Shown: positions 23,966 to 35,941, numbered from the whole stretch's first letter. The stretch is DNA of 53,477 nt, filler included, from Dirinaria sp. TL-2023a (GCA_051941275.1; 2 parts of 2 records of this genome joined end to end with filler, not necessarily neighbours in it), one strand, 5' to 3'. The notes: generated by a model from the sequence alone, not told the origin. A program made the numbers and translations.

Positions 23966-26233
23966 ATGTCTTTTATCAGTGCATGCATTTTGCTCGTCGC
24001 TCAATTTGTTCTTGAGCTTGACCGCGTGACCCACGCTGCGTCAGCTATGAACAAGAGAAGCCGCAGGATCGAAAGGTCTCCAGTGTATCGCTGGACCTCT
24101 TCGGACTTGCCAAACTTCTTCTCCAACGGCGTGCATGCTTTCCTTGGCACTGGCGATCTTCATCATGGCATTTCGCGCACGGTTCTGCCACCGCCATCGA
24201 CTGTTTCAGAATTCTTGTCGGCAACACGGTTTGCGAGCCCGTTGATCCCATCGGCGATGGTGATCACAGGAACCAACCCGTGTCCGACTGCTGAAACGTC
24301 GATGGCGATGGCTAGTACCTCGCACCTAGGCCTTTGTAAGTTCACAATCAGGTTCATTATATTCAGTGGGACTAACGCAGATGTAGTTGAGCTCAATACC
24401 ATCATTGTCGCACTTCTAGCGCTGACATTGTTGGTTACTGGGATGCTGTTCTTTTGGTACCACAGGCGTATGGCCAGCAAAGTGGCCTCCCTCTCGTCCA
24501 GCCACGCCGCCTTCTTGTCTCGTTACACCTCCCTCTCGGCCAGTCACTCGTCCTTCTCGTCGATTCACGCGTCCATCCAGCAGCTCATCATTGAAACCGT
24601 GACGAATGCACAGACGTCCGTGTCACGCCAGTTTAACAGCGCAACCGCTCCACAACACCGAATGGTTCCTGCGATCATCGGTGCGGAATACCTAGGCAAG
24701 AGCATCGCCGAGATCACATTGGACTTGCTCTGCCGCGGTATGAACGCTATCACGGACGCTCTGGATCAGCTCTCAACTGCTGCCATGATCGATGCTCAAA
24801 ACATCGATGACAAGGATGCTGAGATCCGCCGGTTAAGGTCGGAGCTTGAGCAAGTTAAGAACGACGACAACCGAAAAGCTCTTGAGAAGGATACCGAAAT
24901 CCGCCGGCTGAAGGCTGAGCTCGAGCAAATCAAGATCGACAGCAACCAAAAAGCCATCGAGAAGGAGACTGAAATCCGCGGGCTCAAGTCTGAGCTAGAG
25001 CGAGTCAAGAAAGACGGAGACCGAAAAGGCGTTGAGCGGGAGGCGAACAAGCCGGCAAATGCCTCAACGGCTGTGGCTGAGTCTCAACATGGCTCAACAA
25101 AATCCGTTGAAACAAATGACTCACCAGCGGATGGCGGGGCAGCTATTAAAGAGAAAGGGACTCGTGCTCCCGAGAAGACTGGCCCACCTATCGCTCGTCC
25201 GGAAAAGGCTTCTATAGACATCACTGCTCCAGGAAAGACTGCTCCAGAACCATCCAATCAAGACAGAATTGGTCAGTGGAAAGCTTTCGCATCGGAACCG
25301 AGACAGAACAAGATGTCTGCAGAAACCGTCGTGCCCTCTCCAGCAGCGAGCAAACCTTCTGCTCAACCGGCTTCTCCCTCAACCCCAAAGCCGGTCGAAA
25401 AGAAGGTCCCTGCCGCCACACCCCAGTCTGCCCCCTCTGCCCTCGCTGTCCCCGCTGCCCGAGCTCCGTACGGGTACATCATGAACCCCGATTTCATACC
25501 CGGGGTCTCCAAGCCAAGTGAGACGGCAAGGTATCTCCCTGCGCCACTGGAGCCGGCACCGGAATCGGTACCAAGCAAGCCATGGATCCAGCCGCTCCCG
25601 CCCGCCAAGGTAAAGGCTGGTTGGAAGATCAACCCCGACTATGTGCCAGGCAAGAACGAGAGGTACATTCCACCTCCAGGCACGCCTTCCTCCGCCCAGT
25701 CAGCCCCGGCTAGCAAACCCACCGCCCAGCCAGCTCCTCCCGCACCTCCCAAGCCGGTTGAGAAGCCGACCGAGGCTCAATCACCACTACCGGCGAGCTC
25801 AGTGTTCACGGAAGCGCGAGCGCCGCCGGCGGGTTATATTTGGAACCCCAACTATATCCCCGGTGAGAACTCGCGGCTATTGCCGCACGTGGACACGACG
25901 CCGTTTGTGCAGCCAACGCCGCCGTCAAGGATGAAATGGTCGGGGCCCCCACCGCCAGCAGCAGCAGCACCACCACCACCGGCCAAGCCCGCCGCTCCGC
26001 AACCAACGACGCCGAGCAAGCCAGCGCCGTCAGAAAAGCCCACCGAGGGCAAGGCGCCGGCACGGGAGACCAGAGGGTTCAGAGAGGATCGGCCACCACC
26101 ACGGGGGTACATCTGGAACCCCAACTATGTCCCCGGGGGTGAGGTTCCGCGGCTGCTGCCGCATGTGGACACGACGCCGTTCGTGCAACCGACGCCGCCG
26201 TCGAGGAGGAAGGGGCCTGGGCCGAGGAGATGA
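23966..26233 (+). CDS. Orphan protein: transmembrane segment, 3x25-aa coiled-coil repeat, Pro-rich tail with repeated GYIWNPNY(I/V)PG motif
   Basis: 755-codon ORF. The true start may be downstream (e.g. MVITGT at ~24257), with an in-frame intron at ~24336-24386 (GTAAGT...CTAAC...TAG). TM segment IIVALLALTLLVTGMLFFWY. Repeat copies differ mainly at synonymous sites. Confidence 0.75.
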   Translation: MSFISACILLVAQFVLELDRVTHAASAMNKRSRRIERSPVYRWTSSDLPNFFSNGVHAFLGTGDLHHGISRTVLPPPSTVSEFLSATRFASPLIPSAMVITGTNPCPTAETSMAMASTSHLGLCKFTIRFIIFSGTNADVVELNTIIVALLALTLLVTGMLFFWYHRRMASKVASLSSSHAAFLSRYTSLSASHSSFSSIHASIQQLIIETVTNAQTSVSRQFNSATAPQHRMVPAIIGAEYLGKSIAEITLDLLCRGMNAITDALDQLSTAAMIDAQNIDDKDAEIRRLRSELEQVKNDDNRKALEKDTEIRRLKAELEQIKIDSNQKAIEKETEIRGLKSELERVKKDGDRKGVEREANKPANASTAVAESQHGSTKSVETNDSPADGGAAIKEKGTRAPEKTGPPIARPEKASIDITAPGKTAPEPSNQDRIGQWKAFASEPRQNKMSAETVVPSPAASKPSAQPASPSTPKPVEKKVPAATPQSAPSALAVPAARAPYGYIMNPDFIPGVSKPSETARYLPAPLEPAPESVPSKPWIQPLPPAKVKAGWKINPDYVPGKNERYIPPPGTPSSAQSAPASKPTAQPAPPAPPKPVEKPTEAQSPLPASSVFTEARAPPAGYIWNPNYIPGENSRLLPHVDTTPFVQPTPPSRMKWSGPPPPAAAAPPPPAKPAAPQPTTPSKPAPSEKPTEGKAPARETRGFREDRPPPRGYIWNPNYVPGGEVPRLLPHVDTTPFVQPTPPSRRKGPGPRR

Positions 26234-26696
26234 GTGGGCTGTCTGGTGGCTGATTGGGGAAGGACCGGCGGATGGATATTTGGGGGATTGAGAGAGATTG
26301 TTAGGGCTCGGGAAAGTATTAGAGACGATTGTGGTCTGGATGATCGATTGGGTCGTTGTTGGCATCTGTCTTTTTGTTTTTGTTTTCGTGTTTTTTATGT
26401 GTTTGCTTCACTGTTTATTAGCGTTTAGGGATTTTTGTTTTTGCTGTTCCAGGAGTTCTCGCGATGCTTTTTCCGCGATGCTTTTTATAGTCCTTGCTTT
26501 TTTTGCTGTTTGATAGATAGATAGATTCCAATGGAATTGGCCGCAAAGCTATACACTTCGATTTCCTCATCTCTGCCCAATACTATGATCCTGTGCTCTC
26601 GCTTTCCTAATTACTCCCCTGCCTCCCCAGACCGCGGTCCATGATCCCCTCCCTCACCTTCCCAAAAAGGAAACCCAGCCCCTCTACCTTGACCAC

Positions 26697-26796
26697 NNNN
26701 NNNNNNNNNNNNNNNNNNNNNNNNNNNNNNNNNNNNNNNNTTAATTAATTAANNNNNNNNNNNNNNNNNNNNNNNNNNNNNNNNNNNNNNNNNNNN
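26697..26796. other. Artificial contig-joining linker (44 N + TTAATTAATTAA + 44 N)
   Basis: Exactly 100 nt and symmetric; the central 12-mer gives stop codons in all six frames. Confidence 0.97.
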
Positions 26797-28074
26797 CCCA
26801 TGCTCTAGAACCTGCGATCGAATTCCTGGCGAAATGTGCACGTGAGGCAATCGTAGCCCAACAGCGTCGTCAACGCGCACCACCACTGCCATCCCCGTCC
26901 GCAATCGCTCCTGTCGACCAGGAAAATAGATACAGCATACTGGAGAATTGCGATACTGTATTTCTGGTGGATGATTCACCATCCATGGCTGGGGAGCGTT
27001 GGGAGCTGGTCAAGAAGATACTAGATTACTCGACTGCTGTGGCGATGAAGTATGATCCTGACGGTATTGATATTCATTTCCTCAACAATAGGGCTGCCAA
27101 CCAAGACAATGTCAGAGATCCTGCTTTCGCTGTGGAGATACTTCGGACGATTGCGCTAAAAGGGAGCACCCCGATACGCAATCAGCTGTCGCGACACCTG
27201 CACATCTATCTTGAAGAGTACAGGCAACGCAAGAACGACTTGAACATTAAAGGGTACAATCTAATTCTGCTCACGGATGGGGAGCCAGATTCAGATTATG
27301 ACCCTCTGGGCGATACTTCCGACCTGCAAGATGCGGAACGTACAAAGCCAGCATTTCGAAGAATCCGCAAAATGCTCGTCGAGATCGCGCAGGAATTTGA
27401 TAAACTAGATGCTGAGGAGAATCAAGTCGGCATACAGTTCTGTAACGTTGGCAATGATCCAGGAGCTCAGGAATTTTTTGATTTTCTGGATGATAGGCTG
27501 CAAGGGCAATGGAACCTGGACCGAGATGTAAGGGTATCGTGTCCGGCTTACCTACGGATGCTGACTATAATAGATGATTGATACAATTTCATGCAAGGGG
27601 GAAGCTGACCTTGACATGAGATTCTTCGAAAAATTGTTATTAGGTGCTGTTGATAAGGTCGTCGATAATCGGAAGGATGGCACTAGAAGTCAAACCATGC
27701 CAGCTAGACCAGCAAACGGAGGGCAGTCCGAGACAACGCGTTTTACAACATCACAGCATCATTCTATGGCGCATCGGCCAAAGCACGCCGCAGAAGCTCA
27801 AAGAGACTCCTGGCAATATTCCCATCAACCGTTCGAGCCTCGTCCATCCGGTATGCAGGCACCGCGCGAGGCTCGGGCCTCTCATATACCTCCCGCAGCC
27901 TCGACGCCACGGTTTACACCACAGCCTAGTGGATACGGAGAGCGGTTCGAGCCTCCGCAGCCTCGCAGACAGACGACAGATCCGCCCGCTGAACTTCCAA
28001 TGCAGCCAACGCCGCGATCAAATACTTCCGGCCCAGCGAAAGCAGCTGATAAAGGATGGCGTCCATGGTCCTAG
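26797..28074 (+). CDS. von Willebrand factor type A domain protein, 5'-truncated by the gap
   Basis: Frame is open from the gap: ...DTVFLVDDSPSMAGERW (MIDAS DxSxS), YDPDGIDIHFLN, GSTP, LILLTDGEP, QVGIQFCNVGND, LDDRL...RD|MIDT. Intron 27528-27573; low-complexity tail. Confidence 0.88.
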
Positions 28075-30593
28075 CTTCGAAGTCGTGACCGGCGTGAGTT
28101 ATGCTCGCGATGTAATAGACACTTTTCTAAAGTGGATCAATGCGGGGCGTGATAGCAATTTCCCGTTTTCCTCTTTGATGAGCTAATTCTCATGCGCTGC
28201 CGAACTTGGAATTAAGTGCGGTGAGCTTCAAATTGAGCATGCGGCAATGAAAACCGCTATGCTACTGGCGGGTCTACTGTTTGTTTTCTGGTTTAATGGT
28301 TCTCCCTCGTCAGTGGCATATTCGTTTCTACATGGATTTCCTTCACCATTTTGGGACGATTCTCGAAAAAGTACTTAACGAATGAATGAACACTGTATGA
28401 CAACCGACGCAAGAATAAATTAGAAAGAAAATTCTTCAGCTTTCCAAACTCCGTCGACAGGATATAACAAGGTCTCTTCTTGTAACGCCGCAGCCGCAAA
28501 GCTGGAAGAGTACAGCGGAACAAGAGATCTCGCTCAGTTGCAACGAAAGCAAAACCCAGAACCGCGAGGAGAAAACAAAAAGCAAAAAATAGAGAAAACC
28601 GAGAGACTTACTTGATTTAAAAAAAGGAAAAAAAAATATTGAAAGCTGTGGTCACATAATGTGATCGAACTGCATACATAGTACATATATTGTGTTGGAT
28701 ATGATTTTCTTTACAAATGCATTTAAAACGTTCTTATAATGATCAGATATACGATGATCGTGCTCGATTATATTCTCAGCGTCTGATGATCCACGTGCAT
28801 GCTCTCTAAATGCGAGTTGTATGTTCGAAATTTATCGGCTGCTTATCTTATAATTCCTTCTTTTATCTCCTTTCATGCCTCCTGTGAAGGAAATAAAAAG
28901 AAAAAAGCACATCAAATAGCCACCAAATCAATCCTTCCCTCATAATAAACCATTGAAACTTCAACAGCACACTAAAGTAAGCCTAAACCCCATCTATCTA
29001 ACCAATCAGATTTCATAAAATCTTTTTTTCTACGCTATGGTAAGCCAGACCTTAATCCACCTTAACCACCCCACCTATTTACTCTCAGCAGACTCTCCAT
29101 CTCAGCACGAAAAACTGGCCGGATCCCGCACAGCCCGCGTCGCGCACTCTCCACTTCCTTTCCCAAAATCGAGTTTCATGAAAGCCGCCGCTGAGATATG
29201 AATACCATGCTCACACTCGAGACATGATGAAAAGGAGTCCGAAGCCGAAGTAACAATGAGACTTACGTCCAAAACCACGGTGGCAGGGGGGGGGGAAGGA
29301 GGGATGTTTCGTGGATGTCATGATGTGAAACACTCTTTGAGAAAGTAAGAAATGATAGAAAAGGATCAGAATGATGCATCAGACATCAGGATTGGTGGAG
29401 TGCGTTACTGGGTTCGCGAGTTGAAAGAGATGAAGCTGGGGTCTTCGGTGCGATATTAAGGTTCATGAGTGGGGAAAGGGGTAGAAGAATGAATCCGGTA
29501 TGAAAGATATCGAATATGAAGATTCTCGAGGAGTGGGAATATATGGCTCATGGCTAGAACGAGAAAAAGGAAATAATGGTATTTGTTTGAGAAATAACAT
29601 TCGAGACACGAAATCCGAATACTCATTTCAGTACCGACAAAAAAATAGTAAATAGCAAGAAAAAAAAGAAAGGAACATAATCTCTATCTCACGACACGCG
29701 TGACTTCACAGATGTCACGTCTAAGATATATCCGCTCTTTTTTTGATCTTCGGGAATTTTACTTAGTCAAACAATGAAATAAGCAAATATAGATCTCCCC
29801 CCGGGGAACAAATTCGTATAGTGCCGCAATGGAATGAATAGCCAAATCAAAGACCCTCTATCAGGCGAGCGAAGAACCACTGTCATCGCCTCGAATGCTT
29901 CTGGCTTATGTATTAAAATTGCAAACTCCGAGAAAAATTGGTCTGTGAGTTTAGGATTATAATGATTTCAGGAAGAGTTTCTGAGTATCGCAGCAAGCTA
30001 GGGAAAAAGTTGAGAAAGAGGATTTGACAAGCTATTTTTCGCTTCAGAATCTCCACGCGCGCTGAATGTGATAGGTTTCCATCTTTTTACTGGATCGACT
30101 TTTGTTGGATTGCAAAACGGAAATTTTCGATTTGTAGTTGAGGATTGATAGGGGATATTTAGGAAGTATCATACTCGTTCGTGTTCGATCTCTAGTTTCA
30201 AAAATTGTGGCAAGATAAACATGTACCGTCTAGCGATGCTTATTCCTTCTTAATATTGAAATGTTGTTAATGATAAACTAGGGCCTGCGGCCTCAGTCTT
30301 GGAATACTAGCCGGATTACCTAACTAGAGACGGAGTGAGCTATTACTATACTCAAGGAGTGCCTATTGATGTTCTCGATCAATTGGCTTTGATCAGCTTG
30401 TTGACTTACCGTTGAGTGGTGAGAGGCAGTCTGGATATGACATGTGGTTATGAGTGAGCTACTTTACAATCTGTAGTAAATTAAGGTTTTTTGAGTTGGG
30501 CAAATGTCTACTAGGTCCCACACTTGTCTTGGATGGCATAGAACATCTTCATTCCATGCTGGATTATGTACAGCGCTTTCTTATGATCTCTAT

Positions 30594-32249
30594 CTATAGC
30601 ACTCCAATCGGATATGCAGATGGTATACTTTTCGTATTTGGCACAATACTTGGCATAGCCTGCAGTGCTTTCGACTCAACAAACCCCTCGGTCAATGCGG
30701 GCATCTTCCTAATTCTATGAACCTCTGACACGAGTTTCGCAAGTCTCAACAGCTTCGCCTCGCTCCACGGGAGACCAAGGATCTCCATGCCTATGGGTAT
30801 ACCCTTTGGTGCATTGAGGTTAGCAGACGAAAATCCTGCAGGGACAGTCACGACAGGCGAACCAGTGACCGCAGCAAGTATGCCATTGCGGCCAAATTGC
30901 GAGGCAGCTCCTATCGGTACGACTAGATTCGACTGTTCAGGATAAATAAGCGCGTCAAGGCGCTGCGTCTTGAATACATTTTGCAAAGCAAGGGTTAGAT
31001 TTTGGATATCACTTTTTCTTGACGCATATGTCGCGTTATCCGTTGAAGAGACCAGAGCAGTGTTGACATATGAGTACTGAGACGGTATGACAAGGAACTT
31101 ATGGCCTTCGTAAAGCTCGCTAAGCGTAGCGGGACGTGATCCGCGAAGTACAGGCCGGGCAAGATACTCGTCCATGTCCTGGCGGTATTCAAATCTCTGC
31201 ACATCGTATTCATTGATGATAGCTGCCGAGTTGAAGATTCCCGAGAAAATTGGAACGACTGTAGCTCCAGCAGCGACGATTGCAGACACAACACTGTGGA
31301 TTGCAGCCTTGACGGGCGTGGTCTCATTGCTAGAAGTATTGTTAAAGAAACCCTCAATCAGCCCAAAGCGTACATTTCGCAAAGAACTGCCCTGATTGAG
31401 CGCAGCAGAGTAATCCACATCGAGCGAGGCTGTCGGTATCAGTGCCGTGGTATTGTCATCAGCGTCATAACCTACACTAGCCATGACAGTCAGAGCGACC
31501 GCGAGATCCTCGATGTTCCGAGCAATGGGTCCAATCGCGTCCTGAGTATAGGATATTGGAACAATACCCGCCTGAGAAATCAGACCTCGTGTCGGACGTA
31601 TGCTGAACAAGCTATTCGCACTTGCTGGGCTCCGCAGGGAGTTGACTGTATCAGAGCCGGTGCCGAAAATAGCGAATGAGGCCGCGACAGCTGCGCCAGT
31701 ACCTCCGGAGCTTCCACCCGGGGTTCGGCCAAGGTCATACGGATTGAATGTCTGCCCTCCCAGCGACGATACGGATAAACCTTCTAATGCTAGTTCATGT
31801 AAATTGGTTTTACCCAACATGATAGCCCCAGCCCTTTTTAGCGCAGTAACCGCTGGTGCATCAGCAATTGGCTGTGAATTTTTAAGGCCTAAGCACCCGC
31901 CAGTAGTCTTCATGTCTTCTGTATCGTAGTTGTCTTTCAGAAGGACAGGTATACAGAACAACGACCCTGTAGCATTACCAGCCGCAAGTGCAAGATCCAA
32001 AGCATCAGCGGCCGCTAATGCTTGGGCGTTCAAGGAAATGATGGCGTTGATTGAAGGATTGTATGCTTCAATGCGTGCTACGAAGGCTTCAACCAAACCC
32101 CGACAGGTCGTAAGTCCATTGAAGAGGGCATTGTGCACACTCTCGATAGTGGCTTCGCGAACATCATACGAACAGGAATGTCTGTTAGACTGACTTGAGG
32201 CGAGTGGAAGGACTTGGAATAATGTCCAAAGTGAACAAAGGCGCCGCAT
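30594..32249 (-). CDS. Secreted amidase-signature family enzyme
   Basis: Signal peptide; LKDNYDT (catalytic Lys), GKTNLHE, PGGSSGGTGAAVAASFA, GSDTVNSLRSPASAN, QDAIGP; intronless, 551 aa. Confidence 0.93.
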   Translation of the reverse strand: MRRLCSLWTLFQVLPLASSQSNRHSCSYDVREATIESVHNALFNGLTTCRGLVEAFVARIEAYNPSINAIISLNAQALAAADALDLALAAGNATGSLFCIPVLLKDNYDTEDMKTTGGCLGLKNSQPIADAPAVTALKRAGAIMLGKTNLHELALEGLSVSSLGGQTFNPYDLGRTPGGSSGGTGAAVAASFAIFGTGSDTVNSLRSPASANSLFSIRPTRGLISQAGIVPISYTQDAIGPIARNIEDLAVALTVMASVGYDADDNTTALIPTASLDVDYSAALNQGSSLRNVRFGLIEGFFNNTSSNETTPVKAAIHSVVSAIVAAGATVVPIFSGIFNSAAIINEYDVQRFEYRQDMDEYLARPVLRGSRPATLSELYEGHKFLVIPSQYSYVNTALVSSTDNATYASRKSDIQNLTLALQNVFKTQRLDALIYPEQSNLVVPIGAASQFGRNGILAAVTGSPVVTVPAGFSSANLNAPKGIPIGMEILGLPWSEAKLLRLAKLVSEVHRIRKMPALTEGFVESKALQAMPSIVPNTKSIPSAYPIGVL

Positions 32250-32649
32250 TCCGCACCAGGCTCGTGCTGGCCTTCACCTTGCGACTAGACGGGAAGAACC
32301 ATTGCTGAAAGAGGTAGCAGGTACATGCGCGGGCCAAAATGCTCGACAGGTTTTCGTCATCGTGACACGATAAAAGCTAAGGTACTTACTACCAACATGT
32401 AGCTCAGATGCTGGCATCACTAAAGACCGTCTACCAGACCTCAGGCTTGGCGCCAAGAGTACATATTGGGTAAGGCTGAACTTCACTCTCATTCACAAGG
32501 TCAGCATCGCTCATCCCAGATCGGACCTTGGAGCCTTGCTGCGGCCTGATTTGCCCATGTGTAAGGCAGAAAACTCACTATCACTAACAAAACGCCAAGG
32601 ATGGTTTGACGGAAGCGGTTAGACTGTAGCTTCGTCAGCAGACCCGGGT

Positions 32650-32790
32650 ATTGACTGCCCACAAAAGTTCTTCCTTTAGTTTCAGGCAATTGAGCACAAA
32701 TACACATACAAAGCGCATTCAATTCACCTACAAATCTAAAAAATTGAAAAAACATCGAGAAGCTCCTTGCAAAATACTGCTCGGCAAAAA
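32650..32790 (-). pseudogene. Possible remnant of an MFS sugar transporter C-terminus
   Basis: LPETKGRTF (sugar-porter PETKG motif) after a hydrophobic stretch; no rest of gene recognisable. Confidence 0.35.
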
Positions 32791-33354
32791 AAAAAAGGGC
32801 TTCGCAGGTATTCTCTTGGATTTTCGAGAGCTGTGTAGTTTCTGAGGCCTCATGAGACAAAGACGCGTGGCACTATCCCTCCACAATACAGATGAGAAAT
32901 GCTCGGTTGAATCAGCTCGTTAATTCGAGAGAGAGAAAGATATTGGATTGATAGATGCACAAGAGGTCCGCTGCAAAGTTAAGATCTAGCATCAAGTGAG
33001 AGCTAGAATTCGACCCAAATCCGTGCCCGTATCGTGTTACATTGCTGCAGCTGGGCGCCTGTTCTTCGCTGCATCCATGCATATTCAATCCTACAATAGC
33101 GCTCACAAGGCCAACCATGGTACACTCTCGACTCATGCACGAGGTTTCCTTATCCCCGTCCACTCATGTGCAGATTTCCATTTCCCCTAATTACATTGCT
33201 TTTCTCTTCCGAGCGTCGTTCATATCTGAGATCCGGCGTCCAAGTTTGCAGTTGGTATTTAAGACTCTCTTCTCAATTTGTGTCGATCAAATTCACTACC
33301 TCTTCGCAAGACGGCTAAAAAGCTAAATCCCGAGCGAGTCCAGCCACCAACAAC

Positions 33355-33984
33355 ATGTTCGCTTTCCCCTTAGCCAACAAGACTGAACTGATCACAGGCT
33401 CATGCTCAGGTATCGGATGCACTGTTGCTCTCGCGTTCGCGATGGAGGGCGCTCGGCTTGTAGTCTGCGCTGACCTGACTCATCATGCATCACGCGAAAC
33501 AGGCGCGAAGGCCAATGTGCCCACTCATGAGCCCATCGCTCGAGACATAGCCGGTGACCAGAACGGAGTGATTTACGCGCGAATCGATGTTTGGGTCGTA
33601 GAATATGTTGGTGCATGTGTAAGGCAAGTGGTGAGATCGGTGGGAAACTTAGATTGTGCAAAATCCCCCTTTACTGCAGTCACCCGATTCTCCAAACCTT
33701 AAGGGCATCAGCTTCGTCAATAACGCTGGTGTCGGAGCAAATGGACGGCCAGTCCAGCAGCTTGAATCTGAGAGGTATCAATCGATGATGTCGGTAATTA
33801 CTGAACCCTTACGGCTCGTATGGTTTCTGTCAGCGTCGCAGAAGAGTCAATGCTTATGGCGCTTTCTTGGGGGTATAAGAGCGTCTGCGCTCAGCTCTTA
33901 AGTCAGGAAAATGATGGACTGGGTAGACGAGGATGCATAATCAATGTTGCAAGTGCCGGTGGACTGGTAGGAGTACGAGATTGA
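33355..33984 (+). pseudogene. Truncated short-chain dehydrogenase/reductase
   Basis: LITGSCSGIG (TGxxxGIG), VVCADL, FVNNAGVG, GRRGCIINVASAGGLVG, then a stop before any YxxxK. Fragments are spread over several frames and abut the 3' end of the esterase gene. Confidence 0.75.
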
Positions 33985-34011
33985 CCCTAGCTTCGAGACC
34001 TCAATTTCGTG

Positions 34012-35139
34012 TTATTGACTCTTGAGGAACTTGTATGCACTCTCAGCCGCGTCAATGGTCTGCTTTTCAAATCCAAGTAGGTCGCCCACGAGGAATATAT
34101 CATGAGGCACATTGGGCATCTCTAATCGCTCAATATTATTGCTGGGAATCTCTCTCATCTGCAAGTAGAACGCTTTTTGCTCGTCGAAAAGAACTTCAGC
34201 AGTGCTATATTGCATGAAGACTGGAACTTTCGTGGCAAATGGGTTATTTAGCGGAGACAAATACGGGTGATTTGCTTTCAGAAATGGCGGTCGATACGGG
34301 CGCGAACCCCATTGAAGGAGGGCGTGGGTGAGATAATCCGTCTGGCTGTTGCGGTGGCGTTCAACAGCATAAGGGTCTGCAGCAAGATCCAGCCAAGGAC
34401 TCCATAGAAGCATTGCGGAGGGCAGTGGCATAAGCGAAAAGTTGTTCTGTTCACCGAGGTATCTTAACAAAGCCAGTGCAAGATTGCCGCCAGCTGAGTC
34501 TCCAGAGATTATTATTCGAGAACTCGGGATCCCCAGCGCTAGCAAGTATTGATAGGAGGTAATGCTGTCTTGTAGAGCAGCGGGAAATCGACCTTTGAGT
34601 TTGGAAGAGAGCCGATATTGAGGACAAAAAACTGATCCATTAATTGCTTTGGCAAGGATCTCACGACCCCAGCCGCCCTCTTTAGGTCTAACACCACCAA
34701 TTACGTAGGCACCTCCATGAAAGTGTAAGATAATGTGCTTGTTCTTGTCGACATTAGACTCGTAGAGCTTTGGATACCACATGCCCCCAGTAGAAGCTGG
34801 CTGAATCCACTCATCGTTTACGACGCCTGAGTAGATTTCCGCTTTTGCGGGATTCATTACTACAAAACGTTCTTTCTCGGAACCAGGCTCTAGAGACTTC
34901 TGAGATTGATACTCTATGGTGCTTGCAAAAGATAACCAATGTTCAAGTAGTGCATTGGCCACTGCTTGATAATACGTCCATTGTGGATGTTGACGAATAT
35001 TTTTTGGTATAAATCGCAGAAGTAGGAACGTCAAACGGAAGGGAGCAGTAAGGATGAGGAATATGGTCCAAACCGCTTTCCAAGGCTGAACTGCGAGGAA
35101 AGGTTTTGTAGAATATTCTCGAGCATTAGTGACGTTCAT
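34012..35139 (-). CDS. GDXG/HSL-family esterase (Abhydrolase_3)
   Basis: HFHGGAY, YRLS...FPAALQD, GDSAGGNLA, SPWLDL, EVL, PHD; N-terminal hydrophobic anchor; intronless. Confidence 0.92.
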   Translation of the reverse strand: MNVTNAREYSTKPFLAVQPWKAVWTIFLILTAPFRLTFLLLRFIPKNIRQHPQWTYYQAVANALLEHWLSFASTIEYQSQKSLEPGSEKERFVVMNPAKAEIYSGVVNDEWIQPASTGGMWYPKLYESNVDKNKHIILHFHGGAYVIGGVRPKEGGWGREILAKAINGSVFCPQYRLSSKLKGRFPAALQDSITSYQYLLALGIPSSRIIISGDSAGGNLALALLRYLGEQNNFSLMPLPSAMLLWSPWLDLAADPYAVERHRNSQTDYLTHALLQWGSRPYRPPFLKANHPYLSPLNNPFATKVPVFMQYSTAEVLFDEQKAFYLQMREIPSNNIERLEMPNVPHDIFLVGDLLGFEKQTIDAAESAYKFLKSQ

Positions 35140-35941
35140 ATTGAAGACAGTTGATTGTTAATGCCCTTCGACCTTGATGATTTTCTGTACAGAGAGGTGA
35201 GTACTAGGTGAAGGTGTCCAACTGCATTCTGACAGCAATGCAGAATTTTGACGGGACTCACGTATTGACTTGTGAGGCAAGGACCCCTCCCCTCGGGAAT
35301 GCACCTCATGCCTGCGTTTACGCATGCCTAGGTGCATCACCTAGCTGAGTTTACCTCCGCGCGTCATTTGATAGGATGGCAATAGGAAGCCAGTCAATTT
35401 CCCACATTGTGACTTTTGCATATAAAGCGTTTCCTATTTATCAATTAACACCTGATTATGCTTGGATGCTGCATGAATATGCATCTTGAAAAGGACCTGG
35501 CTTTTAGGATATTGATAGAAGGGAAATAGAGGTGTTATGAGAAGGAGCTACGATGAGACACTTATGCGATGAACGGACATTTAGATGGTTTTCGAGGAGT
35601 TTCTAGCAGTCACCTCTCTAATAGTCTCACTGTTTTCTGGAACGTTATGGCGTGATGTAAGGCTTCTTGGAGAGGGGTTATCATTTTACTACTCGATTGG
35701 GCTTGGATGCTGCGTTATTGGTTATTCTGAAAGGGTGGTGTACGAGCGAAGTACGTGTAGGAGTATGCGCTTAGTGGGATCTCATTTTTTGTTTAAACCA
35801 CTACAAAATCTCTGACGATGTCAGTGGTGACGCAATCCAAATTTTGATCATGATCCAGAGACTCACTTGTTTTTTAGATTTGAATGGACGTGAGAAACCA
35901 TTTGCTACCACGTATATGCCTGGCCACCAGCATATTTCCTT

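Noticed and set aside
20077..26233. Starship or other autonomous giant element
   Set aside because: No DUF3435 tyrosine recombinase, DDE transposase or reverse transcriptase is visible in the window; a MYND gene alone is insufficient.
26741..26752. TTAATTAATTAA as a piggyBac TTAA site or biological palindrome
   Set aside because: Embedded symmetrically in Ns; it is an assembly linker.
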